From Nitrospirota bacterium (GTDB lineage Bacteria > Nitrospirota > Thermodesulfovibrionia > Thermodesulfovibrionales > JdFR-86): 64,000 nucleotides of DNA. Of this stretch, positions 50,180-59,505 are shown piece by piece. The DNA lies in assembly GCA_963721805.1 (NCBI GenBank), contig CAVRJY010000002.1:384001-448000 (forward strand). The letters are read 5' to 3'. A program made the position numbers and the translations under genes. How positions within the stretch are numbered: position 1 is the first letter of the stretch; each line of letters begins with the position of its first letter. The notes below the pieces were generated by a model that saw only the letters and a program-made list of their open reading frames with translations, was not told where the DNA came from and made no database searches.

Positions 50180-50359
50180 CCTTTATTCAAAACGCTCCAA
50201 ATCGCTTGATACTGCGTTGGGCATCAAAGACTCGCCCTCTATGTACGCCCAAGTACACCATCGGGCGGTCTTCTCGCCCTGCCTTGTCTGAAGACGATTT
50301 GGGCGCGCTTTCGGGGGGCACGGACGAAGGACGCCCCCCGCGCCCCCAAGGTCAACGGC
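50180..50359 (+). repeat. Palindromic intergenic repeat, copy D
   Basis: CCTTTATTC + core 50189-50311 + 38 nt + GGTCAACGGC. Confidence 0.9.
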
Positions 50360-50477
50360 TTAGTTTGATACTTATTAGACATGCATAATTCCGCATTAAT
50401 TCTATCCTTTGCATTGAGATGCGCATTTTTGTACAATACTAATGAACATCACTAATTAAACTTGTGAAAGGAAATAT

Positions 50478-50852
50478 ATGGCACAAGCAATGGGTTCGTT
50501 AGCTGCAATAGTAACAAGCATTGGTTCAGGTCTAAGCCAACTTATTAAAGAGTCTGCACAAGTATCTGATTCAAAGGACTTAAGCGTGATAGATAACGCA
50601 GTGAAACGGCAAACGTCGGAGCTTAAAATGGCTCATGCTCAAGCAAAAGTAGCTCAAGAGTTAGCAATTTCTGAAAGAATCAGCAATGCTAATGAGGTTA
50701 TCATTGAAGAATATTATGAGGGCGAGGGAAAAGGTAAAACTGGAGTATCAAGTGACGGCAGTAGTTTTGATATAGGTCTTTCAGTTGAGGGAAAACGTGT
50801 TAGTAAGAGGATTTATAGATTCAAAGGCTTACGCCCAATACCAAAAAAGTAA
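50478..50852 (+). CDS. AT-rich orphan hypothetical protein, probably horizontally acquired
   Basis: 124-aa ORF with AAGGA RBS; AT-rich codons unlike the neighbours. Confidence 0.75.
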   Translation: MAQAMGSLAAIVTSIGSGLSQLIKESAQVSDSKDLSVIDNAVKRQTSELKMAHAQAKVAQELAISERISNANEVIIEEYYEGEGKGKTGVSSDGSSFDIGLSVEGKRVSKRIYRFKGLRPIPKK

Positions 50853-50967
50853 CAATCATTAATCTGTTAAGTTAAGTTTTCTAGTACCAGAACTCTGGAT
50901 ACCGTCGCGTCTTGGAGATGTTATTTGACGATAAGGGCTATGGTAGGCATGCGTGGCAAGCTGGGGC

Positions 50968-51003
50968 AAAAAAAAGGAGCCTGCCCGTCGGGGCAGGCTC
51001 CTT
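50968..51003 (-). terminator. Rho-independent terminator after the outer-membrane protein gene
   Basis: AAGGAGCCTGCCC-GTCG-GGGCAGGCTCCTT with an A-run on the left. Confidence 0.85.
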
Positions 51004-51048
51004 GATATGTTCATTCAGCCGAGACCGGATACCCTCCGCTGGAGGGTC

Positions 51049-51624
51049 CTAGAACGAGAACCCTACGGTCAGGATTCCGGTGTGGAACAGAAGCGGATCG
51101 TTGGTGTGCTTGATAGTCGTAGCCTTCGCGTCGTATACCAGTTTCGTAAATAAGTTCTTCGTTATATCCCACCGGACGCCGACTCCGGCGTTATAAGAAA
51201 AATACGTATCATCAGTATCGGCTTCGTCGCTATGGACGGAGCTGAAATTGATGAAGCCGACGCCGGCGGTCAAGAGCGGGGTGATGTGGCCGTTTAAAAT
51301 ATTGTAATCGACGTTGAGGTCCATCCCAGTGAGGTTTACGTAGTCTTTATAACCCAGCACCCTGAGTTCCTTCTGGGACCAATTGACGTTTGCGTTGATG
51401 TTGAAGTTGTTCGTTATGTTGTAGCCATACCCCACCGCAACCGCTGCGGCAGGGTCGAATTTGATGTCCACATCCGAGTGTCTCGGCTCGGTCATGGCGT
51501 TGCTTGCGTACTCTGCGGAGACAAAGATCTCGTTGAGTCCCTGTCTGCTCCAGTCATCGGCGCTGCACGGCACGGATACTGCGAGAATAACCAGCGACAC
51601 CAGCAACAGCAATGCCTTCTTCAT
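51049..51624 (-). CDS. Outer-membrane beta-barrel protein (8-stranded type)
   Basis: Signal peptide, alternating aromatic strands, YNAGVGVRW, C-terminal Phe. Confidence 0.8.
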   Translation of the reverse strand: MKKALLLLVSLVILAVSVPCSADDWSRQGLNEIFVSAEYASNAMTEPRHSDVDIKFDPAAAVAVGYGYNITNNFNINANVNWSQKELRVLGYKDYVNLTGMDLNVDYNILNGHITPLLTAGVGFINFSSVHSDEADTDDTYFSYNAGVGVRWDITKNLFTKLVYDAKATTIKHTNDPLLFHTGILTVGFSF

Positions 51625-51837
51625 AGCCCCGTCCTCCTTAAATCTCTTTAGGCCTGCATGCAGCGCCTGTTTAACCGTGGCCCGAAAAGGGCCTTCGTTC
51701 CGATGCGTCCGCCCATATTGAATAATATCTATACCAGTTTGCGATGGATGTCAATACGAAACAGCCGGATCCGGGAAATGAATAACCTGATTGGAGGCGA
51801 TGCGAGACCGCGAACTGGCGCTTACCGGCGCTTTCCG

Positions 51838-52380
51838 TCAGTACCAGAACTCGGGATAACGTCTAGTCTTGGGGATGTTGTTTACGAGCAGTGCGATGAG
51901 CAGCAGTATCAATGCGCCGCCCCCGACCGGGAAGAGGGCGTACATGAATCCGAGGTTGTGGATCTTATCGCCGCCGATGACCGCGATCAAGGCGGTAGCG
52001 CCGCCGGGCGGGTGGAGCGTCCGTGTGGCGTGCATCAGGGCTATCGCTGTCGCTACTGCAACCGCCGCAGCGAGCCACAGCTCCGAGCCCAACGCCATCT
52101 GCGCGCCCACTCCGACGAGGGCCGAGAGCACGTGTCCGCCGACGAGGTTGCGGGGCTGCGCCAGGGGGCTCTTGATCGCGCCGTATATCAGCACCGCCGA
52201 TGCCCCGAACGAGCCAACGATCATCAACAGGTCGATCTTCTCAAACACGTTATAGTTCGCGTATGAGATGAGCCCTATGCCAAGGAACGAGCCGACCCAT
52301 GACCACGCGATCTCGGTGATACTCACGCGGGGCGGGCTGACCGTGGTGCCCCTCATCTTGCCGAGGTATGCGCCGAGCAT
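51838..52380 (-). CDS. HPP family membrane protein
   Basis: SFGASAVL, SPLAQPRN, LHPPGGATAL; ATG 52380 chosen as start. Confidence 0.92.
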   Translation of the reverse strand: MLGAYLGKMRGTTVSPPRVSITEIAWSWVGSFLGIGLISYANYNVFEKIDLLMIVGSFGASAVLIYGAIKSPLAQPRNLVGGHVLSALVGVGAQMALGSELWLAAAVAVATAIALMHATRTLHPPGGATALIAVIGGDKIHNLGFMYALFPVGGGALILLLIALLVNNIPKTRRYPEFWY

Positions 52381-52964
52381 TATTTGATCGCTGTCACGCG
52401 CGCACGGATGATGTCGTCGCGCGAGACGATTCCGGCGAGTTTCCCGGCGGCGTCCACGACCGGGACCCTGTTGATGTTCTTCGCCTCGAACAGGCCCATG
52501 ATCTCTTGGACGGTGGTCTCTGCGCTGACCGTGACCGCCGGGGAGGTCATGATGTCCCGCGCCAGCATCTTGCGAAGCGGCGCGGCGGTACAGCCCTTGC
52601 CGCTCAGGCATACCGCGATGATGTCCATTACGTGCGTCTTGTTGCCCATGTATTTGAGGAAGTCCTTCTCCGAGATCACGCCTGCCACGCTACCAGAATC
52701 ATCGAGCACCGGCAGCCCGGCGATACCCTTCCCGGCCATAAGAGCGGCGACCTCCTGTAGCGGGGTCGCGGTCTTTACCGAATAGACCGTGCGGGTCATG
52801 ATGTCAGCGGCCTTGAGCGAGCGGCGGATGCGGTCGAGGGCGTGGCGGAAGGCGTGCAGGTATATTTCCCTGAGATCGGCCGGGGTTACGTCGAGGTAGC
52901 CCCCTACTTCCTTCATCGCCTCGTATACGTCGGAGTCAGATACGCTTATGGGGTCATTGTCCAT
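52380..52964 (-). CDS. CBS-domain protein
   Basis: Two CBS repeats (GLPVLD...GVISEKD; RVPVVD...GIVSRDD). Confidence 0.9.
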   Translation of the reverse strand: MDNDPISVSDSDVYEAMKEVGGYLDVTPADLREIYLHAFRHALDRIRRSLKAADIMTRTVYSVKTATPLQEVAALMAGKGIAGLPVLDDSGSVAGVISEKDFLKYMGNKTHVMDIIAVCLSGKGCTAAPLRKMLARDIMTSPAVTVSAETTVQEIMGLFEAKNINRVPVVDAAGKLAGIVSRDDIIRARVTAIK

Positions 52965-53008
52965 GCCTACATCTTACACCGGGCAGGGCTAAGCCGCTAT
53001 GACGCGGG

Positions 53009-54616
53009 TCATACGGCGGGCTTGATAAACTCCCAGGGAAGGCGTTCGCTCTCAGGTTTCTCTCTGTGGATATAAAAATCAGGATCGATGCCAACGCCCT
53101 TCGCACCCTTGCGCCAGTCGTTTTTTGTGGAAGGGGTGCCCGTGGTGCCCATCGCCAGGATCGCCTCGCATACCCGGCGGTCTCCGACCGAGAAGAGCCC
53201 CTGCATGAAGGCGTACTTCGGGACGTCGTTAAACACGCTCACACCGCGCACCCGGCCCAGGGCCTTCTTGAGCGAGGCGAGCCTGCGTTTGACCACGTCG
53301 GGCCGCGCCATCGGCATGCGCTCAAACGGAGTGCCCGCCTTGGGCACGAATACGCTGAGCGTGAGCACGAACTGGCCCTGCGGCGCTGCCTCACGCATCT
53401 CGCGCACGAGCGCCGCGATCTCAAACGCCTCCCCGTCCGTCTCGGTCGGAAGCCCGATCATGAAATAGAGCCTCAGCCGCTCTATCCCCTCGACGCCGAG
53501 GATGAGCCTCGCGGCCTCGATGATCTCGGCCCGCGTGACCTTCTTGTTCACGAACTCCCGCAGCCTGTCCGATCCGGTCTCGGGCGCGATAGATACGCTC
53601 CTGACCCCGCGCAGCATCGAGGCGAGCTTCGCGCTCTTTGGGCTCGCGCGCAGCGATGTAAGCGAAAACACGACGCCCTCTTGGGCGAGCACCTCAGGTA
53701 TATCGGGATGGTCCGAGAGTGACGGCCCCACGAGCCCCACGCGCCCGGCCATGCCGCGCGCGTACTCGACCTCTGTCATTAAAGCCGCGCCTTCCTTGCG
53801 CCTTGGCGGGCGGTAGAGGTGCCCCGCGAGGCAGAACCTGCACTGCCACGGGCATCCGCGCATCGGCTCGATCAGGCACATGTCGCCGAACTCCGCGTTA
53901 GGCGTGATGATCACGCTGTGCATCGGATGGGCCGAGAGGTCGCGCATGACACGCCTCGTGATGCGCTCGGGCGCTCCGTCGTGCGCTATGCGATCCTTTA
54001 TCGTCCCGTCTGCTTTATAGCTCACATCATAAAACGCGGGCACGTACAGCCCCGCAATGCCGAGGCAGCGCTTAAGCAGGTCCTCGCGGTCTTCGGATTC
54101 CTTATAAGCCTCGACGAACTCCCCGAGCATCTCCTCGGCCTCGCCCGTAAAGCATATGTCGAAGATCGGCGCTATGGGTTCCGGGTTCGCTGACGGGCAT
54201 ACGCCACCGGCGATCACGAGCGGGTGTGAGGAGGTGCGTTCTGATGAGCGCGCCGGGATGCGCGCCATATCGAGCATCAGCGGTATAGCGGGGTAGTCGT
54301 TTTCAAACGATATCGAGAACGCGACGACCTCGAAACTCCCAAGCGGCGACAGGCTCTCAAGCGAGCAAAGCTGCTCGCCGGTGCGGCGGTATTCCTCCAT
54401 GTCCTCCGGCGAGGGCAGAAACGCGCGTTCGCATACAACGTCCGGCCGCGAGTTCAGAAGTCCGTATATCCCCTGGTATCCCAGGCTCGACATCCCGATG
54501 GAGTAGGTGTTGGGGTATATGAGGCAGACGCTGAGCTTCCCGCCACGGTCCTTGTATACCGTTCCGCGCTCGGCCTCGAGCAGGTATGCGGCGCTTTCGC
54601 GAAGCTTCCTGCTCAT
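53009..54616 (-). CDS. B12-binding-like radical SAM protein
   Basis: YPNTYSIGMSSLG, RGCPWQCRFC, APETGS, YFMIGLPTE; ATG 54616 chosen as start. Confidence 0.88.
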   Translation of the reverse strand: MSRKLRESAAYLLEAERGTVYKDRGGKLSVCLIYPNTYSIGMSSLGYQGIYGLLNSRPDVVCERAFLPSPEDMEEYRRTGEQLCSLESLSPLGSFEVVAFSISFENDYPAIPLMLDMARIPARSSERTSSHPLVIAGGVCPSANPEPIAPIFDICFTGEAEEMLGEFVEAYKESEDREDLLKRCLGIAGLYVPAFYDVSYKADGTIKDRIAHDGAPERITRRVMRDLSAHPMHSVIITPNAEFGDMCLIEPMRGCPWQCRFCLAGHLYRPPRRKEGAALMTEVEYARGMAGRVGLVGPSLSDHPDIPEVLAQEGVVFSLTSLRASPKSAKLASMLRGVRSVSIAPETGSDRLREFVNKKVTRAEIIEAARLILGVEGIERLRLYFMIGLPTETDGEAFEIAALVREMREAAPQGQFVLTLSVFVPKAGTPFERMPMARPDVVKRRLASLKKALGRVRGVSVFNDVPKYAFMQGLFSVGDRRVCEAILAMGTTGTPSTKNDWRKGAKGVGIDPDFYIHREKPESERLPWEFIKPAV

Positions 54617-55248
54617 GAGAGCATCGGCAGCACGGTGAGCATCGCCGCGGACCAGCTTATGTCGAGCGGGAGCTGATGGTCCACCGATGAGTCGAACAGC
54701 AGGTCCGCGCGCGCCGGGAATTCGTCGTCCTCGGCCCACAGGATCAGCGTGACCGGTATCCTCGGCGCGGGGTGAAGCTCTATGGCCGCATCGCCGAATT
54801 GCACGCGCCTGCCGCCAAGTGCGATGCCGCGCGCCACGAAGCCTTCGGGGTCGGAGCCCCATCGCCCGGCGAGCGCCGCAAGCGGTAGCTGGTGCGTGCC
54901 GCGATAGAATATCTGGCCGCCGCGCAGGGATTCAGGCTTGACGTGCCTGCCGGTAAGCGCGATGTCCTTGGCGAGCACGAGATACCATAGCGCGACGTGG
55001 TTGAAGAAATACCCGAGCCGCTTGATCAGGGCCTCGGCCTCGGGCGTGGGGTAGATGAAACGCCTCTCTGCCGGACATACGCCGACGTCCATATGCAGGC
55101 AGCGGAGCCGGTAGCAGCCCGCGTCATACGGGACGAGCGAGTTTCTGGCCACACCGGCCGGGTCCATTGAGGCCAGGGTCTCCCATGCCTTGTCTATGCC
55201 GGAGATGGGCCCCGGCTGCGGGGCGTCTTTATTGGCGGCGGCTTCCAT
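54613..55248 (-). CDS. DUF3786-like protein
   Basis: PRIPVTLILWAEDDEFPARADLLFD motif. Confidence 0.75.
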   Translation of the reverse strand: MEAAANKDAPQPGPISGIDKAWETLASMDPAGVARNSLVPYDAGCYRLRCLHMDVGVCPAERRFIYPTPEAEALIKRLGYFFNHVALWYLVLAKDIALTGRHVKPESLRGGQIFYRGTHQLPLAALAGRWGSDPEGFVARGIALGGRRVQFGDAAIELHPAPRIPVTLILWAEDDEFPARADLLFDSSVDHQLPLDISWSAAMLTVLPMLS

Positions 55249-55286
55249 CGTTAATTATACCCTGATAGGGTAGAATATACGCTGAC

Positions 55287-56216
55287 ATGAAGCCAGAAAA
55301 CCGCGTTATAATTTTAGTCGGCCCGACCTGCGTCGGCAAGACTTCGGTCTCGCTGCTTCTGGCCCGCGCGCTCGGCACCGAGATCATATCGTCGGACTCG
55401 ATGCAGATATACCGCCACATGGACATCGGCACCGAGAAGCCGGCGCCGGAGCAGCGCGCTATGGCCCCCCATCACATGATAGACGTGGCCGAGCCGTCGG
55501 AGGGTTTCAGCACCGGCCGATACCTCGATGCCGTGCGCCCGATCATCGAGCGCCTGCATAGCGAGGGCAGGGTGCCGATAGTCACAGGCGGGACGGGGCT
55601 ATATATCCGCGCAATGACGCGCGGGCTCTTCGAGGGGCCGGAGGCCGACTGGCCGTTGAGGGCTGAACTCGAGCGCTCCGAGACCGCCGAGCTGTACCGC
55701 CGCCTTATTGCGCTCGATCCCGAGACCGCGTCCACTCTTATGCCCGAGGACCGTAGGCGCATCATCCGGGCGCTTGAGGTATGCCTCGTAAGCGGCCGGA
55801 AGATGTCCGCGATGAAGGACGAACTGACGCAGCCCCTGCCGTACGACTTCATCAAGATCGCCCTGAGCCGCGACCGCGGGGAACTCTACCGCATGATCGA
55901 CGAGCGCGTCGATGGTATGCTAGGGCGCGGCCTGCTCGAGGAGGTCCGTGCATTGCTGGAGCTTCGGCCCTGCATCACCGCTATGCAGGCGATCGGGTAT
56001 AAGGAACTCGCCGCTCACCTGAGAGGCGAGTGCTCGATAGAGGAAGCCATCGAGAGGATAAAGCGCAACACCCGCCGGTATGCCAAGCGCCAGATGACCT
56101 GGTTTCGCTCGGAGGCTGGCCTGATCTGGGTGGATGTCACTGGGCTGAGCGATGCTGCCGGGATGTTTGCGAAGGTCGCGGATGAGCTCAGGCGCGCGGG
56201 GATGGGGTTAGGCTAG
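55287..56216 (+). CDS. miaA: tRNA dimethylallyltransferase
   Basis: GPTCVGKT, DSMQIY.MDIGT, GGTGLY, AIGYKE, YAKRQMTW. Confidence 0.97.
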   Translation: MKPENRVIILVGPTCVGKTSVSLLLARALGTEIISSDSMQIYRHMDIGTEKPAPEQRAMAPHHMIDVAEPSEGFSTGRYLDAVRPIIERLHSEGRVPIVTGGTGLYIRAMTRGLFEGPEADWPLRAELERSETAELYRRLIALDPETASTLMPEDRRRIIRALEVCLVSGRKMSAMKDELTQPLPYDFIKIALSRDRGELYRMIDERVDGMLGRGLLEEVRALLELRPCITAMQAIGYKELAAHLRGECSIEEAIERIKRNTRRYAKRQMTWFRSEAGLIWVDVTGLSDAAGMFAKVADELRRAGMGLG

Positions 56217-56569
56217 TTTTCGGCGCAGAGCTTGAGGGTGTTTTCTAGTTCCGCGAGCTTGAAGGGTTTCTTTAGCATGAGGATGCCCTTGTTGCTGAAC
56301 TCGGCAGCGAGGTCGGCCGTTATGAACGCGGAGCAGACGACGACCTTGATCTTCTTCTTGGGGTTTTCGGCTATCTCGTTGACGAGGATCGTGCCGCTGC
56401 CTTCCGGCATGCGCAGGTCCGTAAACAGGACGTCGAAGTCCCTAGAGCGCAACTGGGTGATCGCCTCCGAGGGGTTCGAGACCGAGATCACCTCATGGCC
56501 CCACTTGCTCAGCGCGCGCTCGAGGAACCACCGCACAAGCTGTTCGTCGTCAACTATAAGTACTTTCAC
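56213..56569 (-). CDS. Single-domain response regulator
   Basis: LIVDDE, TDLRMP, KPF. Confidence 0.88.
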   Translation of the reverse strand: MKVLIVDDEQLVRWFLERALSKWGHEVISVSNPSEAITQLRSRDFDVLFTDLRMPEGSGTILVNEIAENPKKKIKVVVCSAFITADLAAEFSNKGILMLKKPFKLAELENTLKLCAEN

Positions 56570-56656
56570 TGTCTCCCCGTTGCGCGTGATATGGCGTAAT
56601 TTCCGGTTCGAGAAATTATAACATTTTCCCCAAGATGAAAAAACACAAAAGACGCG

Positions 56657-58045
56657 CTAGTCCTTCTCAGGCAGGAGGCCGAACTTCTGCATCCTGTAGC
56701 GCAGGGTGTCGCGCGTGAGGCTCAGGAGCTTCGCGGCCTTGGTCTGGTTGTCCTGCGTCATGTCGAGGGCCTGGCGTATGAGTTCCTTCTCGACGGTCTC
56801 AATGTCGATCCCGCCGGGGGGGATCGCGATCCGCATGCCGCGGGCGTTGGTCGAGGCCACCTCGCGCGAGGTCAGCTCCAGCGGAAGGTGGTCGGGCAGG
56901 ATGTAGTCCTCCCCTGACTCGAGGATCATCGCGCGCTCGATCACGTTTTTGAGCTCGCGCACGTTGCCGGGCCACGAGTATTCGCGGAAGCACTTTTCCA
57001 CATCTTTGGACAGGCCCTTGACGTATTTCTTGCACTCGCGGTTAAAGCCGTCTATGAAGTACCTTGCGATTATCAGGACGTCATCGCCGCGGTCTCTAAG
57101 CGGGGGCAGGGCGATAGGTATGACCTTCAGGCGGTAGTAGAGGTCTTCGCGGAAGTTGCCCTTGCGGACCTCCTCGTCGATGTTGCGGTTCGTCGCGGCG
57201 ATGATGCGGACGTCGACGTCTATGTCCTTGGTGCCGCCGATGCGCTTAAACGAGCGGTTCTCGATGATCTTCAGGAGCTTGGCCTGGGTCGCGGGCATCA
57301 TGTCGCCGATTTCGTCGAGGAAGACCGTGCCGCCGTCGGCGAGTTCGAACAGGCCGCGCTTGAGCGTCTTGGCGTCCGTAAACGCGCCCTTTTCGTATCC
57401 GAACAGCTCGCTCTCGACGAGGTTTTCGGGCAGCGAGGTGCAGTTGATGTCCATAAACGGCCGCTCGGCGCGCTTGCTCTGGTAGTGGATGACCTTGGCC
57501 ATCAGGTCCTTGCCGGTGCCGCTCGGGCCGCTCAGGAACACGGTCGATGCGTCGCTTGCGGCGATCTTCGCTATGATGGACATGACCTTCTTGAGCGCCT
57601 CGGACTGCCCGAGCACGCTCTCGGGGCTGTATTTCGAGGATATCTGCGTGCGGTACTGCGTGACCTCGCGCCTCAGGTTAGCGGTCTCTAAGGCCTTGGC
57701 GACCAGTATCTTGAGCTTCTCCATGTTAAAGGGCTTCTCGAGGAAGTCGTAGGCCCCGAGCTTGATCGTCTTGACCGCGGTCTGCACGTCTCCAAACGCT
57801 GTGATCATGACCACAAGCGCGTTTTTGTTGATCTCCTTGATGCCCTCCAGGATGGTGATGCCCGAGACGTCAGGCAGGTGGATGTCCAGGAGCGTGATGT
57901 CCGGAGACTCCTCCTTAAAGAGGTTCAGTCCGTCGAGGCCCTTCTCGGCCGTGAGGACCGAGTGGCCCTCCTTGGTGAGGTTCTGCTCCAGCGACCAGCG
58001 CAGGAGCTTTTCGTCGTCCACGACCAGTATCTTTGCGCCTGTCAT
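56657..58045 (-). CDS. Sigma-54-dependent NtrC/AtoC-family response regulator
   Basis: REC domain, GPSGTGK, GAFTDA, WPGNVRELKN, Fis HTH. Confidence 0.95.
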   Translation of the reverse strand: MTGAKILVVDDEKLLRWSLEQNLTKEGHSVLTAEKGLDGLNLFKEESPDITLLDIHLPDVSGITILEGIKEINKNALVVMITAFGDVQTAVKTIKLGAYDFLEKPFNMEKLKILVAKALETANLRREVTQYRTQISSKYSPESVLGQSEALKKVMSIIAKIAASDASTVFLSGPSGTGKDLMAKVIHYQSKRAERPFMDINCTSLPENLVESELFGYEKGAFTDAKTLKRGLFELADGGTVFLDEIGDMMPATQAKLLKIIENRSFKRIGGTKDIDVDVRIIAATNRNIDEEVRKGNFREDLYYRLKVIPIALPPLRDRGDDVLIIARYFIDGFNRECKKYVKGLSKDVEKCFREYSWPGNVRELKNVIERAMILESGEDYILPDHLPLELTSREVASTNARGMRIAIPPGGIDIETVEKELIRQALDMTQDNQTKAAKLLSLTRDTLRYRMQKFGLLPEKD

Positions 58046-59490
58046 CTCTCACCCGCCGCGAGGGGAAGCGTGATAAGGAAGGTTGTTCCTTCTCCGGCGC
58101 GGCTGCTCACCACGAGCCTTCCGTTGTGCTTCTCGACGATGTTGTTGCTGATCGTCAGGCCGAGGCCGGTCCCCATGTGCTTGGTGGTATAAAATGGCCT
58201 GAATATGTTTTTGATCTCTTCCTCCGCGATCCCGGCGCCTGAGTCTGATATCCTCACGTCGGCCTCGCCGTCCTGGGCGCGTTCGGCGGCGCTCACCGTG
58301 AGGGTGCCCCCGCGGGGCATTGAGTGCAGGGCGTTCATCATTATATTTAAAAATACCTGTTGTATCTGCTCCGGGTCAACCTGTATGGTTATGGGCCGCT
58401 CCGGCAGCTCCACGCAAACCTCGACCGACTGCTTGCGGGCCTGCCCGGTCACGAGGCGCACGGTGCGCTCTATTATCACGTCCACCGGGATCGGTATGAT
58501 GCTCGGCTCCGGGGGCCGCGCGAAGGCGAGGAGGTCCTTGACGGCCTTGTCCAGTCGGGCGATCTCGGCCAGGACGTCGTCGATGATCTCGCGGCGGCGG
58601 TCCCCCTCCGGGAAGTCCTCGGCGAAGACCTGTATCGCCCCGCTTATGCCCGCAAGCGGGTTTTTGATCTCGTGCGCGATGGCCGCGGCCAGCTCCCCGA
58701 TAGTGGCCATCTTCTCCAGCCTCTGGACGGCCTCCATCTGGTATTCCTCGACCTGCCTGTGTGCGGCGTTGATCTCTGAGAGCATGTCGTCGAGCCCCGT
58801 CGCGATAGCCCCGATCTCATCGCCCTCGCCGTTTGAGAACCGGACGTGCATGTCCCCGGCCTCGACGCGCCTGATCGAGGCGAGCACCCGGCCGAGGGGG
58901 TCAGTCACCATAGCCGTGGTGATCGCTATCAGTATGAAGCTCAGCACGGTCACTATGACGCCGAACTCCGCGAGCGCGCCCAGGCGGCTGTCGTTGAGGC
59001 GGCGGTACGTCTCGTCAAGGGACATCGTGACGCCGAGCACCGCCATCAGGGGGCTGCCCCCGACGTGGCATACGGTGCAGCGTTTTTCCCTGTATATCGG
59101 GACGAAGATCGTCTGGGTGGGGTGGCCGTCAACCGAATTTACTATGGGGACCAGAAACTCAGCCGGGAGGTCTGACGTAGAGCGCAGGCCGTCTTCGGAG
59201 GGGTCCGAGGAAGAAAGGATGTAGCCGTCCGGGCGCATCAGGCGGGCCGACTCGAAGTCCTTGGCCGAGATCGGGCCTATGAGGCGGCGGATGTCGCTTG
59301 AGCGGCCCTCCATCATCAGGCTCACGAGGCCGTTTCTTATGATCTCGGCCGCGAGGTAGAGCTTGCTGCGCGCCCCGTCGATGAGGAGGCCCTTGTCGTG
59401 CCTGTATTTAAGGTAACTGAACCCGCCGAGCATGACCATCAGCACGCCCACGATGATCAGCGTGAACTTCGTCTTGAGGCTGAGCCTCAC
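58042..59490 (-). CDS. HAMP sensor histidine kinase with a periplasmic CxxCH motif
   Basis: CTVCH between two TMs; AHEIKNPL, FYTTK.GTGLGL. Confidence 0.92.
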   Translation of the reverse strand: MRLSLKTKFTLIIVGVLMVMLGGFSYLKYRHDKGLLIDGARSKLYLAAEIIRNGLVSLMMEGRSSDIRRLIGPISAKDFESARLMRPDGYILSSSDPSEDGLRSTSDLPAEFLVPIVNSVDGHPTQTIFVPIYREKRCTVCHVGGSPLMAVLGVTMSLDETYRRLNDSRLGALAEFGVIVTVLSFILIAITTAMVTDPLGRVLASIRRVEAGDMHVRFSNGEGDEIGAIATGLDDMLSEINAAHRQVEEYQMEAVQRLEKMATIGELAAAIAHEIKNPLAGISGAIQVFAEDFPEGDRRREIIDDVLAEIARLDKAVKDLLAFARPPEPSIIPIPVDVIIERTVRLVTGQARKQSVEVCVELPERPITIQVDPEQIQQVFLNIMMNALHSMPRGGTLTVSAAERAQDGEADVRISDSGAGIAEEEIKNIFRPFYTTKHMGTGLGLTISNNIVEKHNGRLVVSSRAGEGTTFLITLPLAAGER

Positions 59491-59505
59491 GAAGCCTCCT
59501 CTCCT

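Noticed and set aside
50360..50880. Canonical integron cassette with attC
   Set aside because: No clean RYYYAAC...GTTRRRY pair and no integrase; resemblance is loose only
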